A stretch of 64,000 nt of DNA, taken from Trypanosoma brucei (taxonomy: Eukaryota). The notes under the pieces are model-generated. The model was not told where the DNA came from and searched no databases. It saw only the letters and a program-made list of their open reading frames with translations. Below, in pieces: positions 1 through 10,091 of this stretch; position 1 is the first letter of the stretch, and the number at the start of each line of letters is the position of its first letter. The stretch covers positions 288,001 through 352,000 of the forward strand of contig CP000066.1 of NCBI GenBank assembly GCA_000002445.1, in the 5' to 3' direction. The position numbers and the translations under genes are program-made.

Positions 1-19
1 GAAAGGTAAGTGTGTGGAA

Positions 20-3000
20 ATGGACCAACCGGAGCGTCTTGTGGAATCACTTGTAGATTCTTCATGGGTGGTTTGTGGGACTGAGTTATTTGCTGATGAA
101 CTTAAGGACTTGGAACATTTAGAAGAGATGGATGAGAAGCTAGCATCACAACAGCAGCAACAACAACATCGGAGCGAAGTCGTCGATGGTTGCGATGTCT
201 TGCGGGAGAGTTATGATGGGAGCGCGTGGAGTCAGGAAAGACGGACCACTAGCAAGCCAAGGAAATCTCCAACGTTCTCAAAGCAAAAGTTGCCAGACCG
301 CCCGAGTTCGCGGGCGTCCACTGGTGGACAAGCTAAGGAGCCTTCCAGTATATGTTCAACAGCTGCTTCCGTTCGCGTGAAGACAGAAAAAGTAGTAAAT
401 GTTGCGGAGAATCGAGGGCAGGATCTATATAAGCAGATGTTACAAGCGCTAAAACAGCAGATACGACAGGTACGCGAAGAGGCAGATCTTCGTCGTTCAG
501 CCACGCGTCGGCAACTGCGTTTTTTTAGTGCACGCAACGTTGATGAATACTTACCCAGTGAAATCCTTCGGGGGGCCCCGGAAAAGCATTACCAGTGGAG
601 GAGTGAAGTTTCTGGTTTAGATTATGTTACTGAAGATGTATGGAGGAGGACACCGCACCAAGATGATGCAGCATCGTCTCCGTCCCCTAGTGTTACTGAT
701 AGTCGATCAGCGCTTACCATACTGCAGACGCCTTATGGGAGTGGCACAAGCTACCCTGCAATTTGTGATTTCACCATCGATCCCATAAACTTCATGGCGG
801 AAATTAATGTAGCACTGGAGAAGAATCATGGAGTTCGTATCGTCACTAAGGAGTCACAGCCGCCCGCAGAAGAACCAGATCCATCTATGTTGCTCTCCAA
901 TCAGTTATGTGAGATGTTAGAACACCAGCCGGGGCCCATGATGGACTTGAAGGAACCAACGTGGTTCAACACTGTGCTGCCTCCAATAGCATCAAAAATG
1001 GAGGAGAAATGGGTTGTCGACAATAGTGAAGGCCAAATGCCATGGAGTGGCGTTGGGCCGACGAAAAAGGTGAAGGGTGGTGGTGTGGAGAGACTACAAC
1101 TAGCATTTCCCCCACTCCCAGCCCGTGCTGGTCAAGATAGCAGGGTAGCTTCTGGTGGGACAGCGACCAAGAGAGCGGCTGTGGGGACTACCACTGATGG
1201 TTGCAACTCAAGCAAATACACGGGAGCTGGGCGCAGTGCAATCGGTGATATGGATAAACTTGTACGATGCTCTGCCACAGACGACACTGTGCGGCTGCGG
1301 GCGAAGGCGGGGACGAAGACAACTAGGACGGTGCGCTTCACTAACCACTGTACGAGGCACCTCGCCATGCGATTACAACCGGCCACGCATCCGTGGTTAA
1401 AATATTCCATTGTGAAGGCGTCCGCGGGGAAGCCGCTGGCGGCGTCGTCAGGTCTGTGTACAGCATTGGACAAGCCAGTTACCTTCTTTGAGTATATTGA
1501 CGTGATGATAACGTTTGAACCCCAAACGGTCAGGGAGCCTTCGATAGCAGAGGTTTTACGGATTGGGTATTGCGTAGAGCTAAATATCCGAAGTGGCGAG
1601 GGGGCACAGTGGCATTTTCTCGAAGTGACTGTTCTATGCGATACACAACAACCTGAATTTCGCCTCGTTCCGTTGGAAAAGGTTGCAGATCGGCGCGAGG
1701 AGGCTGCGGACACATCCGCAGAAGATTCGTCAAGAACAACACGTGTGAACTCGAGGGCCTCCAAAAAGGATTACATCACGACGTGTGAGTTTCCATGTAC
1801 TTTTGTGTTCCATTCCTTCACCAAATACTTCCAGCTGGAAAACATTGGGTCCGATGCCATCATTTCGTTAGGTACCAGTTCCTCTTGCTTCAAGATTACT
1901 TCACCCTTAGAGGAGGACATCGAAATACCCGGTGGTAGCACCGTGGAGATCGCTGTTTGCTTTTGCCCATTGAGCGAGGCTCACTATGACGCAGAGCAAT
2001 TGTTTGTTACTGTGAGGGACGAAAGAAACGGTCCTGTCTTGGCCAAACACACGTTTAACCTTCGGGGGGAAAGTGCCCTTCCCCACATTGACCTCTTGCG
2101 AATAGGACCCATGGAACTGAGTCCATTCGAAGGGGACGAGTGCAGTAGTGTGCCGCAGTATTTCCTCCCTGAAACCACATTGGGGGAGGAGGTAGTTGAG
2201 GAGGTGGTTGTACGCAACAATTGCCCAATTGCAGTAGAGTACTTTTGGCAGGTTGCCACTGTTGGTGGTGGACCCTCTGGAGCGCAACTGCAAATAACGC
2301 CGTGTCGTGGCGAGTTTCTTCCAAAACAAGACACTAGATTCACGGTGACTCTAAAACCTTCCGTGGTGGAGCCGTTCGCTGCTGTTCTCAACCTCTTCCT
2401 TGAGGGTCTTCCTAGGATTCCCATAGAGGGTGAACTAGGGAGGACTGTGGACAGCTGTGGCCCCCCGTTGCTTCCCCCACAAAATGACTCACGCATGGCG
2501 GAGTTAGATGCAACAAAGGGGGTGTTGAGGCTCTTATCTCGCTCTAGGATGGTTCCTGCTTTACCAGAGCCCGAACAATTGCGCCGACTCATGGACCCGT
2601 GTGGTGCGCTAAAGAACATTATGAAACCGCAATCGAGCGAGTGTAGTGGCGTCTTTGCGAGCGGATTCTACCTTTTTGCCGATCCTAGTCCTCCGCGTCT
2701 CATGCTTATTCCCGATCGTTTTGATGAGGGGTTGGAATGCCTCATTAACGGTGAGAACGCACGTCGCGTGGTGTTGCGAAACACTTCCCACCGGCTACTG
2801 CACTTCATCTTTGACCCGACGCCACAGGAATGCCCAGTGGGTGTGTGTTTTCCAGCCACATATGACCCAGAAACTGTGGAAGTGAGGTTTGAGCCGCGGG
2901 CAGGACGTGTGCCCCCACAAGGTTCTGTTCCTATCACATTCTTCTACACATTGAAGGAGGTTGGACATCACAGTATGTCGGTAAACTGTTACATCCCGGA

Positions 3001-6000
3001 GCTGTTTGAGCTGGGAGTGGAGTCTTCTGAGGGGTCACCTCCACTAAATCTTGTAACAGAGGTCCCGTGCACTCATGCTCTCCACCTCAGCGTGACGGGT
3101 GTTGGACCGACGCTGATTGCCAGTACTCACTTGTTGGATTTTGGACTCATTGAGCAAGGGCGGGAGTCTGAAGCGTCTTTTACTGTGACAAACGACAACC
3201 CTATTCCTGTTTCCTTTGAGCTACAGGATCCAAAGAAATGCGAGCCTCCGCGCTTCGTTTTTCTCCCGCAATCATTCCGTCTCGGTGTCGGTGAGTCAGT
3301 GGAGATTACTGTGTACCGCCAAGCTGTGGATATCACCGAGCCACAGACATTCTTTGAGTTAGTGGTGCCAAATGGTGGATCAATAGCAATCGAAACGCGA
3401 GCGGATATTCAGTTGCAAACATTGGTGTTACGCGAAACCGTCGTCAATTACGGTGTGGTGCCCAATGGGTCTTGGACAACGCAGTCGTTTGTTGTGTCGA
3501 ATCCGTTTGCCTCTGACATACCGTATACTGTCCAAGCCGTGGACGTGCCGCCGAATATTATGGTTCAGGTCCCACCCTCTGGTGTGGTGCGTGCAGGCTG
3601 TGTAGATGTCCAAATACCAATTCGCTGCGCATTTAGTGTCGTTGCAGCTGGAGGTGGGAAAAGGGCTGTCGTCAGTTTTAAGAATATGCGTACTACGCAG
3701 GAAATACTAGTAGAGCTTTGCTGCGAAAAGATCAGTGAACTTACGGTGGCGATTGATCTTATTCCCGTCCCGAAGGTATCGGAAGGCACTTGCTGCATGG
3801 CGTACACTCCCCCAATCCTGCCGTTGAATTTACCTGAAGCGCCAGAAATGGAGATATCTTCGTACATTGAGTCGGTTCTGCGTAACCTTATAGAGCTTGA
3901 GGTTCTGAAGTGTTGCGTTCCTCGCAAGAGCAGGAAAGAGAGTTTTAGTGCCGCCGTTGATGATGCTGTCACAAACTCTGTTTCTGCCTTGGACGCCATG
4001 GCAAGCGCGTCCGGAGCTGGAGGGACCGGGGAATTGGTTTTACGACCGTACTGTCCACCTGTGCATCTCCGTGCTTTACTACCTCATGGAGAGCCTGTAT
4101 GGTCAGAGTTGGTAGTTTTGCGTATAACCAATTTGACTGGCTGCCATAGTACGTACGGTGTCAACTGCACGCAGTATGGCTTCAACCAGACTCTAGTTGA
4201 TATGCGTCGAAGTCCCACAGTGGGCCGTGCAACCTCGAAGTCTATGACAATGACGGCTTCTAGCATAGCGGCCACGTCAAAAAATCGCGGTAGAAGCAGG
4301 GACGGTACCACTAGCAGGAGACGTGACTCCCGGCGTACCTTCGTCGGCAGTCCCGACAGCAGGCACCCCTTTTCAGCGGGGTATGCGGATGGTGACGACA
4401 CAAAAGGCAGAAAAGCCGTCGTGCAACCGACTTTCTGGTGCAAGAACTTGGATGGCTCAGAACAGAGGGAGCGTGAGCGTCGCGCTGCGCTGGTTGGTGC
4501 TCAGGAGGCTTTACTTGATGGTCGTGGTTGTGCCACCATCTTTGGTGGACCAACAGCTGGTGCGTTAAATCCTTTTGCCGAGTCAAAACTTCCCTTAACG
4601 CTTTCTGCCAACCTTCCCGGACGATACGAGGAGACCCTCAAGGTACACTGTGGTAACATGCCTCCCGTGCACATCCCAGTATCACTAGAGCTTCGTGGGA
4701 GACCCGTTCTTTTAGATTCCACTACTGCGGGTTTGTTGGTATCGGACGGCAAGGAGATTCTCTTAATGCCGTCAGTTCTTGCTGGTGTGGGGCGCTCTCA
4801 GCGCACGCTGCGGCTCGTCAACCGTCTTCCGCGAGACGTGAATGTGTCGTTTAAAATATTTCTGACAAACGTAACATTCTCTGTTTTTGCAGTTGATGAC
4901 AATGTGGAGGCCAATGCTGTAACGCTTCATCTCGGGCCTGTGACAGAGGAGGATCACCGACGTGAATCTGAAGGAAAGGGTGAGGTGGCCGCCGCACCTG
5001 AGAAGTTCTTTCTACCCGCGATGGGTTCGCAGTTGGTGACAATTGAATACGCTCCGGATGCAAACTTTGTGGGAGCCAACTGTTCCGAGCGGAAGTGGCT
5101 CGGTGGTGTTATTATCACAGCTGAATATGCTGACACGTCTTTTAACGATGCTTTTATCATTGATGAGTTTTATCGAATACATCCTCAATACCGGCCTATT
5201 GACCGTGTCGTTAAGAAATCTGCGCGTGAAGGTGACGCCGCGTGGACGAAAAGCCTTCTGCGACCCGCTGCAGTGTTGAAGGTGCGGCAACCTGTGATCA
5301 CACGGCCTGGTTTAATAAAAAAGAGCACCATCATCGTACCCGAGCTGGGCGTAGCTAGTTTTTCGAAGCGGAGCGGAGCATCCCGACGCAGATCTCTTCC
5401 GATTTGTTCTGATTCATTTTTGGGGGACCACACAGCTTTCAGTGACGACACCACTGATTCCGACGAGGAGGGGGGGGAAGCATCGGCTGTAATACGACAG
5501 ACGGAAACTGGTCGAGCCCAACGTCATGATGTATTACGTTCCTCGACTTCTCTGGAGGGGGAGCGCATGGAGTTGCTTTCATTCATTGAGAAGCGCCGGC
5601 AAGAGATGATGGAACACAGCAGGCGCTACTTTGTTCCCATAGAGTTGGAATTACAGGCCCTATGCGGCGTGGCCCAGCTAACTGTGGAACCATCAGAGAA
5701 CCTGGTTCGTTTTCCTACCTGCGTCGACGGACAGCGATGTACGCAAACAGTTCTTTTAACGAATAGAAGCTGTGCTGTGATGGCGTTTATGTTGGACATA
5801 CCTTCCCCTTCATTTAAATTGTTGAAAGCCCGCCTCATATTTTCTGATAAAGACTACAAGCAGCTGGAAGTGGAGGATGAGGAGACTCTCATATGCCGGA
5901 AAGCTTTAGAGAGTTTGAAGTGGTGCGGTGTGGAAGAGCGCCAAAAGGCACGACGTGTGGTGTCACTGGGTCAAAGCAAAGAAAATACAAATAAGGGGTG

Positions 6001-7003
6001 CACCCAAATTGTGTTGGAAAAATACCCTACTCAAAATCAGCGGCCAACGTCTCGTGGAAGTGCGTCCACAACTGGTGTCGTTGTAAACAAGTACCAACTG
6101 TTCCCTCATGATTCGTTACAGGTGGTGCTCGAGTATCAAAGCCAATCAAAGGCAGAGAGGGATGCCTTGGCGTGTGAGGGTGCAACAGTCACAGGTGAGC
6201 TCAATATTCTTTACCTCCCTGCTGACGTTGCTATCGTGAAGCAGCAGCAAAGTGGTGCAGTTGAGGGTAAGAAGCCATTTCATCCACCACCCGTATTGGA
6301 GCTTAAGCAAAGCATTCCCCTTTCCTTGAGCTTTTTGAACCCGTCTGTAACTAGTTCACCCTCATTCCTTTGGTTCTTCCCTGGTCAGCAGATTCATGAC
6401 GGACGTCAGCAGCCCTCGTACGTTCAGAAACTGCGGTTGATGAGCTTGCACCCCTCACCTCTCTCCTTCAAGCTATCTGTGGGAAGCACGGCCGCTAACA
6501 TTGGTTTGGTGCCGGCCCGTTGCAATGCGACACCAGCCCTTGGGTGTCTCAGCGGTGTTGCCGGTGAGCCACGGAAGGCGATTCGCCAGCTAACCTTGGC
6601 AGACGAGACACACAATGTATTCACACGTGAGCGAAAAATACGGGAGATGAAATGTTACATCAAAGATGATAATCCGCCTGCTGTTGGTGGTGTATGTGTG
6701 GAGGGCTGTGCCCCCCAAGACGGGAAAGGGGTTACGCGAGAGTTGCAACCTCGTTCAACACCATATGATAGGGAGAAACTGCTGGTAATTGAAGATGCGA
6801 GCCGCTTCACAATCACCCCCATGGAAGGCATCATTCCCGCGGCCACAAGGGGTGGCCAACCTGGAGTTTTTGAAATTTTGGTGGAGTTTAAAGAACACGC
6901 TAACATGCGCTTCGAGGCTGCATTTGATGTACTAATTGGAACTCACCATGCAAAGGCTTCAAGTTTCTTTCTCCGTGGTGACAGTCGTGAAACAGAGATT
7001 TAG
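20..7003 (+). CDS. Very large (about 2,300 aa) flagellar/ciliary ASH (MSP/PapD-like) repeat protein, hydin/CFAP-like. It may be 5-prime partial, because the frame is open to position 2 of the window.
   Basis: Single 6.99 kb ORF. The first in-frame ATG is at 20; the track start at 14 is GTG. There are many repeats of the beta-sandwich ASH signature (L.FG.v..G......F.v.N....P..F), e.g. LDFGLIEQGRESEASFTVTNDNPIPVSFELQ, VNYGVVPNGSWTTQSFVVSNPF and VRFPTCVDGQRCTQTVLLTNRS. This architecture is typical of hydin, CFAP65, CFAP74, CFAP47 and DLEC1. The family member is not resolved. Confidence 0.55.
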   Translation: MDQPERLVESLVDSSWVVCGTELFADELKDLEHLEEMDEKLASQQQQQQHRSEVVDGCDVLRESYDGSAWSQERRTTSKPRKSPTFSKQKLPDRPSSRASTGGQAKEPSSICSTAASVRVKTEKVVNVAENRGQDLYKQMLQALKQQIRQVREEADLRRSATRRQLRFFSARNVDEYLPSEILRGAPEKHYQWRSEVSGLDYVTEDVWRRTPHQDDAASSPSPSVTDSRSALTILQTPYGSGTSYPAICDFTIDPINFMAEINVALEKNHGVRIVTKESQPPAEEPDPSMLLSNQLCEMLEHQPGPMMDLKEPTWFNTVLPPIASKMEEKWVVDNSEGQMPWSGVGPTKKVKGGGVERLQLAFPPLPARAGQDSRVASGGTATKRAAVGTTTDGCNSSKYTGAGRSAIGDMDKLVRCSATDDTVRLRAKAGTKTTRTVRFTNHCTRHLAMRLQPATHPWLKYSIVKASAGKPLAASSGLCTALDKPVTFFEYIDVMITFEPQTVREPSIAEVLRIGYCVELNIRSGEGAQWHFLEVTVLCDTQQPEFRLVPLEKVADRREEAADTSAEDSSRTTRVNSRASKKDYITTCEFPCTFVFHSFTKYFQLENIGSDAIISLGTSSSCFKITSPLEEDIEIPGGSTVEIAVCFCPLSEAHYDAEQLFVTVRDERNGPVLAKHTFNLRGESALPHIDLLRIGPMELSPFEGDECSSVPQYFLPETTLGEEVVEEVVVRNNCPIAVEYFWQVATVGGGPSGAQLQITPCRGEFLPKQDTRFTVTLKPSVVEPFAAVLNLFLEGLPRIPIEGELGRTVDSCGPPLLPPQNDSRMAELDATKGVLRLLSRSRMVPALPEPEQLRRLMDPCGALKNIMKPQSSECSGVFASGFYLFADPSPPRLMLIPDRFDEGLECLINGENARRVVLRNTSHRLLHFIFDPTPQECPVGVCFPATYDPETVEVRFEPRAGRVPPQGSVPITFFYTLKEVGHHSMSVNCYIPELFELGVESSEGSPPLNLVTEVPCTHALHLSVTGVGPTLIASTHLLDFGLIEQGRESEASFTVTNDNPIPVSFELQDPKKCEPPRFVFLPQSFRLGVGESVEITVYRQAVDITEPQTFFELVVPNGGSIAIETRADIQLQTLVLRETVVNYGVVPNGSWTTQSFVVSNPFASDIPYTVQAVDVPPNIMVQVPPSGVVRAGCVDVQIPIRCAFSVVAAGGGKRAVVSFKNMRTTQEILVELCCEKISELTVAIDLIPVPKVSEGTCCMAYTPPILPLNLPEAPEMEISSYIESVLRNLIELEVLKCCVPRKSRKESFSAAVDDAVTNSVSALDAMASASGAGGTGELVLRPYCPPVHLRALLPHGEPVWSELVVLRITNLTGCHSTYGVNCTQYGFNQTLVDMRRSPTVGRATSKSMTMTASSIAATSKNRGRSRDGTTSRRRDSRRTFVGSPDSRHPFSAGYADGDDTKGRKAVVQPTFWCKNLDGSEQRERERRAALVGAQEALLDGRGCATIFGGPTAGALNPFAESKLPLTLSANLPGRYEETLKVHCGNMPPVHIPVSLELRGRPVLLDSTTAGLLVSDGKEILLMPSVLAGVGRSQRTLRLVNRLPRDVNVSFKIFLTNVTFSVFAVDDNVEANAVTLHLGPVTEEDHRRESEGKGEVAAAPEKFFLPAMGSQLVTIEYAPDANFVGANCSERKWLGGVIITAEYADTSFNDAFIIDEFYRIHPQYRPIDRVVKKSAREGDAAWTKSLLRPAAVLKVRQPVITRPGLIKKSTIIVPELGVASFSKRSGASRRRSLPICSDSFLGDHTAFSDDTTDSDEEGGEASAVIRQTETGRAQRHDVLRSSTSLEGERMELLSFIEKRRQEMMEHSRRYFVPIELELQALCGVAQLTVEPSENLVRFPTCVDGQRCTQTVLLTNRSCAVMAFMLDIPSPSFKLLKARLIFSDKDYKQLEVEDEETLICRKALESLKWCGVEERQKARRVVSLGQSKENTNKGCTQIVLEKYPTQNQRPTSRGSASTTGVVVNKYQLFPHDSLQVVLEYQSQSKAERDALACEGATVTGELNILYLPADVAIVKQQQSGAVEGKKPFHPPPVLELKQSIPLSLSFLNPSVTSSPSFLWFFPGQQIHDGRQQPSYVQKLRLMSLHPSPLSFKLSVGSTAANIGLVPARCNATPALGCLSGVAGEPRKAIRQLTLADETHNVFTRERKIREMKCYIKDDNPPAVGGVCVEGCAPQDGKGVTRELQPRSTPYDREKLLVIEDASRFTITPMEGIIPAATRGGQPGVFEILVEFKEHANMRFEAAFDVLIGTHHAKASSFFLRGDSRETEI

Positions 7004-7497
7004 TCTGGACAGTTTGTTTCGGCTGTTTATTGAGCATTGGACTGCTCGGTGCGTGAGAGAAAAGACAAAATTTCCCCTTTAGAGTGCAGGGGTTTGGCCA
7101 CTCACTTTTCTACTAAGTTGGACTTGATGTATAAGAAACACGCAGAAAATAAAACAAAAAAGTGAAAACAAGAGAACGCCACATGATTCACCTGTTTTTG
7201 CATTGTCAGTGGCAGAATAGAAGAGCATGGCGATGCTGATTCCCACTCTATTGTTGTTTGTGCAGGCTGTTTTTTTTTTGCCTGCGGTGGTGTGAGTGTG
7301 TACAGAACAGGTAGCATTATATATGTATACCGAATTGTTTGAACTATTATTATACTTTGGGATTGCCACTCTTTTCCCCATTTGTCAATTTAACTTTTCC
7401 ATTCCCCTTTCTTTCTGTTTCTCCCCCGCTAAAATGTACTTGGTTCAGAAGCACAGGAAAAGAAAAGGATATTGGAATACAAACCGTGGCCACTGGG

Positions 7498-7588
7498 CCT
7501 CCTCTTTTTTTTTTTAACATAGACAGTTTAGCATCAACAGATACATTACTGTGTTACGACCCTTCCCTTTTGCTTTTTTTGTTTTCTC
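7498..7588 (+). promoter_or_regulatory. Polypyrimidine tracts (putative trans-splicing/polyadenylation signal region) upstream of the 7770 CDS.
   Basis: ctcctcttttttttttt and ccttcccttttgctttttttgttttctc runs, followed by AG dinucleotides before the ATG. In kinetoplastids such tracts direct spliced-leader addition for the downstream gene and polyadenylation for the upstream gene. Confidence 0.5.
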
Positions 7589-7769
7589 AGAATCATTCTA
7601 AAGGTACCCTTTCACTTTTTGTCATCGTTGTTACCACCACTCCTGTTGTCTGCAACGCAGCAGAGAGAGAGAGAATTCGAAGACCAGCGGCTCCGCACAG
7701 CGCTTGGGGAGTACCTTTTAAAAAAAAAAACTATTGTTTGTTTTACAAAGTTCGGGGCCTGGGGTTGCC

Positions 7770-10091
7770 ATGAGTTTGCATGTCGGTAACGGTTTGCAGC
7801 AAATGGAGAAGAAACAATGTGTCTCCTCGTGCCTGCTGCTGACGTCGCTGCACGTGCGAGGGCCCCTGCCCCTTCCGTCAGCGCGGTCGTTAGTTGCCAG
7901 TGTTTGTGTCGGTACTTCTTCCATTACGACAGATGTTTTGCAGCCCGTGATGTCAGATGAAGTGAGTGGTTCTTCCGTGCCTTTGTCTCCGGTGTTTCAG
8001 CGCGCTTCGTCGACTCATCAGCGGTTGGCCTCCGCCAGCAGTGTTATTGGGTTGGAACCCCTTCGCATTATGTTTCCTCTCATCGACGACGACGCATGTC
8101 ACGGTGACGGCGGCTCGGGTTCTGCACAACCGCACAAGTACGAGTTTTGTATAGGATTGCGCGAGGCTGATAGCAATGCGTTATTAGGCGTCGCCATATG
8201 TACGCGGTCGGGCGCGTGGTTCCCCTTCAAACCATGTGGGGGATCTGCACGTATAACGTTTAGATACTGTGAGCAGATGGAACGGAAGAATCGAATACTG
8301 CGGCACTTACAGGAGGCGCAGTTGTATCCAACTTCTTCTGACACGAAGATGCAGTCCGATGCTTCGTGCAAGCTGGAGGCCTCGTCTTCCTTCCTTGCAC
8401 CTACGGCCTCCTCTGTTCTCTCAGCAAGTACATCCTTCGTGGACGGTGGCGGTCCGGGGAAGGGTTCCAGGCCCACACACAGTGGCTTGTCGGCCACCGA
8501 TGCACTTGCCGTTGCGCGGCCGCATTCAGCGTGTTCCTCGCCAAACTTTCCGCTGCTTCCTGCAACCGACACAAAAGTCAAACCGGAAAATGAACATTCA
8601 AGTCACATTATGTCCGTTCCCAACGTTACAACTGAGGGACCACGTCACCTTGCGAGTTCGAATGTTGCCACCAGTCAAACATGCAAGAAGGAACCGCGCA
8701 GAAATTATCATTGTGGATTAAATCCTATCTCTGTAAATGGTTTCTTTACAACATCTGATCCGTGCCCCCCTGGTGGGTTGCGGGAGCGTGAGGGCCAGCC
8801 GCGCAGCCTTGTCTTCTCGAACATACATGTGAAGGGCTTCTTTCCACTTTCCCTAACCGGTAGTTGGCGATTGGAGTTCCTAATACCGCACCCCTGCATA
8901 CCGGTTACGAAGCACACGGTAACTGTGCCAGCTACCTTCGACACAGACGGCAGCAGCGCACTTCGTGACACTCTCACGGTTGACCTTCCGTTATTCCTTA
9001 GAGGTGAGGTGCAGACGCGGCTGCGCGCCACGTGGGTCGACAGCAATAATTTGGACGATATAACGGAGGTACCCACGGTGGTGGAGTTTGACCCTATTGT
9101 TATCAAAGTAGGAGGAAGTGAGGTGTGTCAGCAGGAAAGGCGTTACCACAAGCTAGTTAGGCACAGTGCGGAGAAGTTCACGCTGTCCGAACTCGGCGTG
9201 CAACTGCTAGTGGCATTAAAGTATTTTGCCCCTCATCGGGAGGGACAGAACGGTCGACCCACCAGCGCACATTCAGACGCTCGACTTTGGAGGTCTGCGA
9301 TGGCTTGGAGGGAGGGGGAAAAGGATGCTGACGCTGTGAAAACTAAGGGTAACGGTCTTGGCAAAGGAGGGGACGGAGCAGATATGGACGTACGTTTGCC
9401 TGAACTACAGACAGCTGCAACTCCAGATGGGAAGAACATGAGCAAAAACAGTATATTTACTGAGGAAGCGATGTCCGCAAAGGCCCTTTCGTTTGGTGAT
9501 AACGCTAGCCAATCGAATGCCCACAGGAGTCCACCTTCCAAGGAGGTGCCTCCTCCACGACGGGCTTCCAAAGAGGAAGTTCGTAACCCAGGAATGGGCC
9601 ACTTTAGTACGCTGAAACCTGCAACTAATGCACAATTGGTTGCGTCAATGGACGATTTAGTGCCGTGCTACACTGAAGAGCAGCGGAGGGCTGTTTTTGC
9701 TCTCTACGACACTAACAACAGAGGCTACATGACACAGGAGCAAATACTTCACTTCTGTCGTGCTCATGTAGCCCTGTTCGATGGACACCAAAACGATGCG
9801 AATATTGTGCGGCTACTTCAATCTCTGTTCCCCCGAATGCCCCGGAGGCGTATGAATGCTACAGAGGCCGCTGCAAAAGCCACATCCTCCTATTTACTGC
9901 AATCCCGTAAGCCTTGTGCACCGGCGCTGGAACAGCGCTTAAAAAATAGAGGACTACAAACACCAAGTGGGCGTCCGACATCAGGTCAGCACACGGCGGG
10001 TGGCTCCCCACAGGGCGCGTTAGGCTTGCCGAGGAGGTGCATAACGTATGACATATTTGAGGTTATTGCCCTTCGCCTTGCCGGAATGTAG
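7770..10091 (+). CDS. Hypothetical Ser/Ala-rich protein with a C-terminal EF-hand-like loop.
   Basis: Long ORF with GC3-rich codon use like its neighbours. The first ATG at 7770 follows a polypyrimidine tract; the track start at 7734 is TTG. The C-terminal DTNNRGYMTQEQ resembles an EF-hand loop but is imperfect (Q at position 12). No other family signature was recognised. Confidence 0.45.
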   Translation: MSLHVGNGLQQMEKKQCVSSCLLLTSLHVRGPLPLPSARSLVASVCVGTSSITTDVLQPVMSDEVSGSSVPLSPVFQRASSTHQRLASASSVIGLEPLRIMFPLIDDDACHGDGGSGSAQPHKYEFCIGLREADSNALLGVAICTRSGAWFPFKPCGGSARITFRYCEQMERKNRILRHLQEAQLYPTSSDTKMQSDASCKLEASSSFLAPTASSVLSASTSFVDGGGPGKGSRPTHSGLSATDALAVARPHSACSSPNFPLLPATDTKVKPENEHSSHIMSVPNVTTEGPRHLASSNVATSQTCKKEPRRNYHCGLNPISVNGFFTTSDPCPPGGLREREGQPRSLVFSNIHVKGFFPLSLTGSWRLEFLIPHPCIPVTKHTVTVPATFDTDGSSALRDTLTVDLPLFLRGEVQTRLRATWVDSNNLDDITEVPTVVEFDPIVIKVGGSEVCQQERRYHKLVRHSAEKFTLSELGVQLLVALKYFAPHREGQNGRPTSAHSDARLWRSAMAWREGEKDADAVKTKGNGLGKGGDGADMDVRLPELQTAATPDGKNMSKNSIFTEEAMSAKALSFGDNASQSNAHRSPPSKEVPPPRRASKEEVRNPGMGHFSTLKPATNAQLVASMDDLVPCYTEEQRRAVFALYDTNNRGYMTQEQILHFCRAHVALFDGHQNDANIVRLLQSLFPRMPRRRMNATEAAAKATSSYLLQSRKPCAPALEQRLKNRGLQTPSGRPTSGQHTAGGSPQGALGLPRRCITYDIFEVIALRLAGM

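Noticed and set aside
1132-1764. A 210-aa minus-strand ORF, and many similar 60-230 aa minus-strand ORFs. Examples: 1984-2619, 8099-8581, 24147-24629, 26106-26561, 45020-45295, 52278-52973 and 56386-56991.
   Set aside because: All lie antisense to long, GC3-biased + strand genes. In kinetoplastid coding DNA the biased third position produces long stop-free antisense frames. Their products are low-complexity (Ser/Arg/Pro/Cys-rich) with no motifs, and every well-supported gene here is on the + strand.
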